Source of the DNA: Eledone cirrhosa
Lineage: Eukaryota
Direction: 5' to 3'
Assembly (NCBI GenBank): GCA_964016885.1
Contig: OZ024741.1
Coordinates: forward strand, 227,478,001 to 227,542,000
DNA: 64,000 nucleotides
Shown: one piece after another, positions 55,276 to 64,000 of the stretch
Layout of the letters: each line of letters starts with the position of its first letter
How positions within the stretch are numbered: position 1 is the first letter of the stretch
Notes under the pieces: model-generated
The model's database searches: none
Seen by the model: the letters and a program-made list of their open reading frames with translations, nothing else
What the model was told of the DNA's origin: nothing
Translations under genes and position numbers: made by a program

Positions 55276-56653
55276 GAAATAACTGATAAATAGCATTTCC
55301 ATGTAACATTATCGACTTATATAATAGAAAAGTCATATTTCATATTGCAGTCCAAGACATAGGTTTGCTCGATCAGTGCTTACCTGTGGTTAAACAACAA
55401 CCTTCTGGCATCATTAATACAAGACCCTGTTAATTACTTGTATTGCTTTAATTACTTTTGACCATCCCTTCCTTTTAGTTGTATGCATTGACTATCCATT
55501 AATATCCTTGTTTTTTTCCTTAGTAAAGTGGTAAGATATCATTTTTGCGATATTTGACTGTCATTTATAGTTCCCCCAAAGCCTTATTAAAAAAACAGAG
55601 ACGCGGCAAAAACTGTAGGGTACCTGATTAAATATTTAGTTATCCCTCTCTGCAGCTGAATTTTAAATTCCCTAGAAATATTTCTGTTTATATGGTGCTA
55701 GGTCTTTTAATGAACTGAATTTCATATGTAACTGGTAAATATATGAGCCAACAAGGAAGTTCCTTTATCTGCTAGAAGTAGTAATTAAATCTACTTTCGT
55801 TCTATAAAAAAAATGGAAATAATCCTGGTTGTATTATATTGGAATAATAATGGTATAGCCACCACTGGAATGTATTTGATTATAGTTCTGCTCGACGGCG
55901 CTTCCTTGGGGCTAAACAAGACCAGCTCGTAATTATATCATCAACATATTGGAATATATTCATTTATTCTTGAATGTGAATACTTGTGGATCTGGAACTT
56001 CTAAATTCTGAGTTCGATCCCTGCCACGTCATCTTCGCTTTGAATTCTTACAAGATTCCTGAAAGATGTAGCAACTAGTCAAAGCACATCGACTATATAT
56101 AATCGATATAATTAATTATATATAGATTTGAAGGCAGTGGTCAAGCGTGGTCGTAGTCCAATAACTGAAACCTGTAAACGGAAAAAAAGTTTAGTTTGGG
56201 TGTATATGTTTTTATGGCTTAGTCAGAGAAGGGTGGCCATTGGGGTGGAGGAAGAAACCATGTGATATGGATAACCTTTGACCGGCTTGCCAGAATAAGC
56301 TGTCAAATCTTACTCAAATCAAACCTTATTGCATATAAGAAAAAGACGAAGAGATCATGAATGGAATGTCTTTAACATGGTATAGTTTATCATTTCTTTC
56401 CGCTCGCGTTTGTTTGGACGGTATTTTATGTTAAACAGGTTGACAGATTTGGTAAACCATCCGGAAATAAGCATAGTAAACTCGATTGGCTTCTATAGGG
56501 CTTTCAGTTACCTTCCAATCCAATCGCAGGTAAATACCGTGCGAAAGTATATATATATTAAAGAGTTAAACAAGATTCAATGAGTACATCAAAGAATGAG
56601 TTTTACAGTAGATTAGAAGCACTCTACAGTATAATATTTTCCAGAGTTATTAA

Positions 56654-56943
56654 TATTAAAATACAAATATTAATAAAATAGATGTTCTTCTGATCAATTA
56701 AATTTTATTTTACATATTTCAGAGGTACAACAGTACGTCCTCATCAGATAAAATAAAATGATACATGACATACCCTGAGATGTTAAATGGTTTGATTAAA
56801 TCTTAACCATTTAACATCTCAGGGTATGTAATGTATCGTTTTATTTTATCTGATGAGGACGTACTGTTGTACCTCTGAAATGTGTATAATAAAATTTAAT
56901 TGATCACAAGAACATCTATTTTATTAATATTTGTATTTTAATA
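56654..56943. repeat. ~290 bp palindrome with opposed HHRs: 56844-56894 (+, intact) and 56703-56753 (-, U16.1 mutated)
   Basis: TTTTAT-CTGATGA-GGACGTAC(TGTT)GTACCTCT-GAAA-TGTGTA-TA-ATAAAA. Confidence 0.8.
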
Positions 56944-56976
<33 letters not shown>

Positions 56977-57013
56977 GATAGATAGATAGATATAGATATA
57001 TACATCTCACCCC

Positions 57014-57056
<43 letters not shown>

Positions 57057-57710
57057 CGGAAAAAATGAAACGAAATTTCATTTCCCACTCTTAGTACGGC
57101 TGTTACTTAAATATAAGTATGTATACGTACATACATATATGTTTACAGACGTACAGTAGTATGTGTATATATATACATACATGCACACATATATATATGT
57201 ACGTATGGATTCACCGAACATTTATTATAATGCCCGGTGTGTTTGTAAACAAACATCCCGTATTAAGCCGTAGTGTCTAGCAACCATCGTTGCTCGTTTG
57301 TTCAATACTGACAAAGGAACACTGTACTAGTTTCAAGCTTATTAGCTATCGTCAGCAACGTATACCTTCCTGCCAGATTGTTGAACGTATATACTTACCT
57401 TATGCATATTAACGGCTGAGTAGCCCAATTTGCATATCGAGTGGGTTAATCGGCCGGGTGCACCGAAAACGATAAACGGAAAAAATGAAACGAAATTTAA
57501 TTTCTCACTCTTAGTACGGCTGTTACTTAAATATAAGTATGTACACGCACGTACATACATATATGTATACAGACGTACAGTAGTATGTATATATATATAC
57601 ATACATGCACACGGTTAATCCATACGTACATATATATATGTGGGCATGTATGTATATATATATACATATTACTGTACGTCTGTATACATATATGTATGTA
57701 CGTGTACATA

Positions 57711-57715
<5 letters not shown>
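57057..57715. mobile_element. ~420 bp HHR family, locus 3; HHR at 57319-57361 (-)
   Basis: CGGAAAAAATGAAACG repeated at 57057 and 57477; inverted tail 57618-57715. Confidence 0.85.
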
Positions 57716-57783
<68 letters not shown>

Positions 57784-58036
57784 GTGTCTGACAGTTGTCG
57801 CAATATCGGTTTTTATCTTTTAAATTGAGTCTGGAAAACCCTATTGTTCATAGTTAGTATCTTATTCACCCGAGCGAATCTGGTCCCTTACGATTTGAAC
57901 ACACATATGTACATACCTGTGTTTATCTCTCTTTTATATTTAATTATATTACACGACCCGGAAAAATTTCTTTCCTTGAGCTATTTAATTGAAAGACAGT
58001 ATTTTGTGTTTGTAACTCAATATACACCTTTGATAT

Positions 58037-58072
<36 letters not shown>

Positions 58073-58177
58073 AAAAAGTATGACCCCGACGGCAGAGCTC
58101 AAGCCGTTTCTACTACCCTAAGTATTGAGTACTCTGGTGCGTTATGGTCCATCTGGTTCCTTACCACAATTCCTTTG

Positions 58178-58231
<54 letters not shown>

Positions 58232-58927
58232 CAATAACAGAGATAGTTTAAAGCTAATCTCTGACTGATAACCATCTCACTCAACAAACATTAGGTTATA
58301 TTTTAATATAAACCCAATTTAAGTGTTTGGGGTGCTAACAATATGTATTATGTGGAAAAGCCAGTTGTATTATTTTATGAGATATATATATATATGGACT
58401 TTCATCGATGGAAAAGGGTGCTCTTCTAACAAATTTCTCTCCATCAAGGTGCAGATACTTGTTTGTCACTCTCACCTTCAGAAATGCAGTGAGATAATGA
58501 TTGACAAGTTCGGAAATATGTTGCCAACAGGAATGGATTAATCATTAAGCGAAATAGTCACATCAACGGAAGAAGGGCACCATTTTATTCAAATTAAATG
58601 TATTTGACATAAAAAAAAAATGTAGATCGTATATGTGGAGGCGAGGTGCACCATAAACTTTCCCAGGCTCGATCTCATCCCGTCATCTATGGGACAAATG
58701 ACTTTTACCACAGCCTCGCGTCGATCCTAGCTTTAGAAGAATGGAAGCTCGTCAGATAGATTGAACCACTGATTCAAAAGACCTGGCTTGCTACACATAC
58801 AGTGTTAGTCTCATTCTGATAGAAAATTATGTTGAGTCAATATGTCTGAATGTTACACAAACAGTTGTACAACATAAAAGAAGGTGCTTGAAAACCTCCA
58901 AAACTAATCAACGACAATGATGTCACC

Positions 58928-58928
<1 letters not shown>

Positions 58929-58958
<30 letters not shown>

Positions 58959-59060
58959 CTTCTTCTTCTTCTTCTTCTTCTTCTTCTTCTTCTTCTTCTT
59001 CTTCTTCTTCTTCTTCTTCTTCTTCTTCTTCTTCTTCTTCTTCTTCTTCGTCTTCTTCTT
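58929..59060. repeat. (TTC)n microsatellite, probably an expanded LINE tail
   Basis: Directly visible; abuts RTE remnant. Confidence 0.9.
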
Positions 59061-59513
59061 TACCCACTTAGACAAACCTAGGTTATGGATATTATCCAAC
59101 CATCTTGCTCGTGCTCTACGTGTAGGTCTATAGCCGGTTGTCTTTGCCCGTAAAATCTGTCCAGCGATTCTTTCTTCTAGACATTCTAATCACATTTCCC
59201 TCATACAAATGACATATGAAATCAAACCCAGAAGCGAAGGAAACACGTGCCTGTAAGAGATTTAGTAGCCCCGTAGTTTATATAACGCAGACCACCCATC
59301 TGCTTCGCTATACAGTACATTCATGTTCCTTACATATGTAAAAATATAACTTTCTCATTGACTACATAATAGTAGGATCGTAGGGGAAATATACTTAATT
59401 ATAATAGTGGAAAATGTATAGAGAAAAGAGAAAGAGAAAGAGGGAGAGTGAGAGAGAGTGTGACAGAGAGAGAGTGACGTTCATATATATATATATATAT
59501 ATATATATGAACG

Positions 59514-59553
<40 letters not shown>

Positions 59554-59626
59554 GTATACGGATGTGTGCTTAAATTACATTTTATACATATATACATACA
59601 TGCATGTATATACATACACGCACACT

Positions 59627-59698
<72 letters not shown>

Positions 59699-60392
59699 CC
59701 CCCACACACACATAATATATATATATAAATACATATATATACACGCATACATATTCATTTATTTACACACAAACATAAACACACATATTAACACATATAT
59801 AAATATATGCACACATACATTCATATATAGTGAGAGAGAGATATTATGTATGTGTGTCCAAAATGTAATTTCTATACACATATATATTTATAAATACATT
59901 TAAATAATTGCACACATACATACTTTCATAGCAACACACACAGAAATATATGTGTCTGTGTGAGTATGTACTATGTGTATATATCCTTGTGAATTTAAGG
60001 AGATAAACTATTACAGCATCATTACTGAATTATTTGCTAGGTGTTTGACTAGATTAATAGTTAGAACAAGAAAGATCATTGTTAAATCTGTGGACAAGCT
60101 GGAGCCGATATAGTAGTCAGAACTACTTCTGTTTCACTGAAGTACTACTATGCTGGAATATTAAAGAAGAGCCAAAGCTTCTTGTAGATCCGTCAGCTTT
60201 CATTTCTGTCTCTCTTTTCCAAAATTTTGTTTCCAAATTGGGTCATTCTAGTTACATATTCTCGGAATTTTATGTCAAGATATATAAAAATAATTACACA
60301 GACGTAGAAAAAATATACTAGAAATTTTCTTTTGAACAGATGTTCGCGTGCATTATGCATATGTGATTGTGCGTGTGTTTATGGTTTATGCG

Positions 60393-60502
<110 letters not shown>

Positions 60503-60808
60503 CAGTGTACCCCCGGCATTCGCGGTCCCGGTTATTCGTGGAATTTCCCTCAGAATCTAACTAATAATTGTTCGTGGAAGCTGCCGCATATTCGCGGAAT
60601 CGTAAATATTTTCTGCGATTTTTTTAATGGCTTTTTTGGTGGCAATATACGCTTTTTGACGCTAAATTATTAATAACAATATATCGTATTTGCTAGCCTA
60701 TATTTTACATGATATTTTGACGTTTATAGGCATTTTTATGGACCATGTGCGTATGGACAACGTCGCGGGTGTTCTAGGAGCGTAACGCCCGCGAATACCG
60801 AGAGACAA

Positions 60809-60811
<3 letters not shown>
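60503..60811. mobile_element. Tc1/mariner (pogo/Tigger-like) MITE
   Basis: TA|CAGTGTACCCCCGGCATTCGCGG ... CCGCGAATACCGAGAGACAACTG|TA. Confidence 0.75.
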
Positions 60812-60883
<72 letters not shown>

Positions 60884-60889
<6 letters not shown>

Positions 60890-61276
60890 AATAATGGAGC
60901 TGCGGCGTTGCAAATGGGTTACATATGAAAAAGTTGTCCTTCATCAGTGGCCTTCCAACCGTCGTAGGCATTTCATCGCTTTAAAGGCCATATACCTCGG
61001 GTTGGTGCGAGCAACGGCTAAAAAAAGTCGTTGGGACACGTAAATAAAGGGGACGCTAGGGTAAACAAACAAAATGGTTTAAGCAACAGAAAGTGATGAA
61101 GAAGGAAACAAGTCCCAGATTTCTATGAATATAAATTCGGTGAAATCGTGAACGAGAGAATAAAGACCATCAAACCTGGTTGAAATGTGAGCAAGGAAGG
61201 AATTTCGCACAGGTTTAACGGGAGGAAGAAGGGGTCTGGTCTGCGAATTCGGTAAACATAAGTTCTGTGAAGTCGC

Positions 61277-61346
<70 letters not shown>

Positions 61347-61702
61347 AAATTCATACCGGCTTGGCAAAGAGCGCGCGAGAAAGGAATTACGGACAGGTCA
61401 AACGGGAAGAAAGGGGAGGAGGAGAGGTAGTGACAGAGAATGAGTGAGTGAAAGGTGAGGAAGAGGCTAACAGAGAGAGAGAGAGAGAGACTGCTAGAAA
61501 GGGTAAAGATACAAAGAACGAAACAGACGTGTAGCAGCAGAGGAAAAAATATATGAGTAAATATGATAATAATGGAGCTGCGGCGTTGCAAATGGGTTAC
61601 ATATGAAAAAGTTGTCCTTCATCAGTGGCCTTCCAACCGTCGTAGGCATTTCATCGCTTTAAAGGCCATATACCTCGGGTTGGTGCGAGCAACGGCTAAA
61701 AA
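60884..61702. mobile_element. ~680 bp-monomer non-coding repeat with ~140 bp terminal direct repeats
   Basis: 60884-61022 = 61562-61702. Confidence 0.75.
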
Positions 61703-61829
61703 ACCTTTGGGAGGGTCATGTTGCCAATAAGAAACACACGCACCAGTTGCTTTCACTTCAATTTATTATAACAATGTCGGTTTCAATACACGTTTTCAGA
61801 TAAAGAATCTTGCTAAACAAATTCAGAAA

Positions 61830-61878
<49 letters not shown>

Positions 61879-62189
61879 TATATATATGTATATATAAACA
61901 CACATTCACACCAACATGCACACACACCAACACATACACAAACACATATACACATACACATACACACACACCTATTTATATATATTATATGAATTTATAT
62001 CCGTACATATACAGTATAGTGGTAACCAAGACTTTGTGAATGTATATATGAAGGTACACGCTGAGTCTTTAAACCTGTAAACATGCCAAGTTCCAGTATT
62101 TCCTTGCAAATTGAAAAAATAATAAATATACTTAATCGACATTCGAACATTTTTGCGTTCGCAACATATGATATGTATATTATCTAAAC

Positions 62190-62625
62190 TAAAGGTTCTC
62201 AATGGGGGAATATGCCCCCCCCTCCCTGGGGTGGGTGGGGGTGTTTCGTGGGTCCAGGGGGGCGTTATGCAGTAAGGGGGCGTTAGGGGGCGTTTGAAAC
62301 TTTGGGGGTGCTAGAAGCCCCTTTAGTTTGGTAAGTTTTATAAGTCATATTTGTACGTCTCTTAGACAGCTAGTGTGAATGGATTTGAATGAAGAAAATG
62401 AAGAAAATAAATAAAAGAAGCTTGTCACCGAATTCCCTAGGGAGATAAAAGAAAATCAAAAGAAATCAAAAAGAATGAAAGTAAGGACTACTTCAACAGA
62501 AATGACAACAAAAGAAGCAATGGTGGTGAACATACACACACATACATACATACATACATACATACATTCACACACATATATACACACACAGGCCGGCGTT
62601 AGTGTTTGATGAGGTTGAGAACCCG
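62190..62625. mobile_element. Possible hAT-type MITE remnant
   Basis: GGTTCTCAA ... TTGAGAACC imperfect TIRs, GGGGGCGTT subterminal repeats; no clear TSD. Confidence 0.4.
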
Positions 62626-62830
62626 GCGAGCTTTCAGCCAGAAGTGTGGTATTTAATTTCCCTAGGTAATAAAATCTGGCGACAAAAATGTTCTCCTTAC
62701 CAAAAAAGAACACATAGATCATATCAACATCCTTACACACTTAAATATAAATGAATGTATATATACAAATGTATAAATGCATAGCTATATACATATGTAA
62801 ATGTATGCATGTATATATGTATGTATGTAG

Positions 62831-62866
<36 letters not shown>

Positions 62867-62925
62867 CTACATTAATCATATTTATGTATGTAGATTTTTA
62901 TATATATATATATAAATCTACACAC

Positions 62926-62956
<31 letters not shown>

Positions 62957-62958
62957 CA

Positions 62959-64000
62959 CTAGCGTTAAAGCCCGGCGTTGCTCGGGGTCAGTAAGTTACC
63001 AAAGTTAGGTTGCACCACCCATTTTATGGCAGCACTTTTTTGTCTGCCAGGCACTGGGTGAATGAATTGCAGACCTGGACTGCCGAAGCAGGAGCTGCGC
63101 CAGCAGTGACAATTGTAGTTTCGCCTATTGATATTATCTCTGTGCAAAGAAGTGTTGAAATTTATTGTTTCACAGTACTTGCGCAACACGCGCATAGACA
63201 ATGCCAGCCGAACAACAGAGTTGCGATGTAGTTGTTCTGCATGACATGTTTTAACGAGGGAGGGGGCGGAATGAGGGAACCGCAAACAGGGCCTGAAAAC
63301 ATTGTCGAATTATGACAACCAAAAAAGAGGAAGAGGGGTCATTGTATGGTTGGTGCATCATGTACGTCGGACGTAGATGAGCCTGCTGCTGTGCCGACGG
63401 AGGGAGGGAAATAGAGCTGATCAGAGGCCAGGTGTTGGTGAAGTGTGAAGTAATTGCAGGGAACCGCCTAAAAATGTTAATCCCGTCATTAAAGCATTGT
63501 TCACCCTTTGAGAGTCGTACGGAGGTGAAATACTAACCTGTCCACGGTCCTCCGAGGCCCACCAAACGGGGGTTGGTGAAGAGCAACAGCTGATATTTGA
63601 ATCGGGTCGGAGTTGCAATGAAGCTTTGTAACGCCGCGAGAATCAGCCTTTGTACGACCGATGGTGGGGAGTGTCTAGTGCACTGCAGTGAAGGTTAACC
63701 TACTTAGAGAGTATTCACGAAAAGTAAAAAAATAAAAAAAATAAAAAAGTTATAAAATTAGGAAGCGAGGTAATCCTATAAAACCTCCTTGTACACAATG
63801 TTTTTTGTTTTTCCTTGCGCAACGACCGCGAAATCATCACTCTTGCTGCCGACACGCGAGCAACCAACGTAAAGCTGACCATGAGAGAAACACGGCTCCC
63901 CCAAATGTATTCCGGCGACAGACAGTGTTTGCCCCTGCGATTTGTTAATTGACATTGAGAAGCATGGCCTGACCGGGAACTGGGACCTCCGAAATGTGAA
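62959..64000 (-). mobile_element. Helitron 3' portion
   Basis: 3' hairpin CCCGAGCAACGCCGGG followed by CTAG|T on minus strand; helicase C-terminus upstream. Confidence 0.85.
63776..64000 (-). pseudogene. Helitron RepHel PIF1-like helicase C-terminus (frameshifted; not in ORF track)
   Basis: FRRSQFPVRPCFSMSINKSQGQTL..G/PCFSHGQLYVGCSRV..TKNIVYKEVL*. Confidence 0.85.

Noticed and set aside
58837-59067. Poly-glutamate ORF
   Set aside because: (GAA)n tract next to a LINE remnant
62200-62310. G-run cluster (possible G-quadruplex)
   Set aside because: Explained by subterminal repeats of a probable MITE

Overview
Eukaryotic, AT-rich, microsatellite-saturated DNA, most likely a cephalopod (Octopus-like, inferred from the tRNA-derived SINE family and the density of (TA)n/(CA)n tracts). 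Nearly all ORFs in the supplied track are microsatellite artefacts. Real coding signal is limited to: four VPS13A/C-like exons on the minus strand (27.4-31.0 kb) in scrambled order, one of them pseudogenised; decayed RTE-type LINEs; Penelope-like (PLE) GIY-YIG/RT fragments; a decayed hATm-like transposon; and a Helitron 3' end. The most striking signal is about 30 type I hammerhead-ribozyme motifs (CTGANGA...GAAA...TH with stems), found by eye and belonging to more than 15 unrelated short repeat families. Most of these families are non-coding, arranged as 1.x tandem monomers plus an inverted partial copy, and embedded in (TA)n. This looks like a diverse population of non-autonomous PLE-derived retrozymes, with stem covariation between copies, variant catalytic cores, and insertion ends that coincide with the ribozyme cleavage site or stem II loop. 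All homologies are by eye or from recalled family motifs; no searches or folding programs were run.
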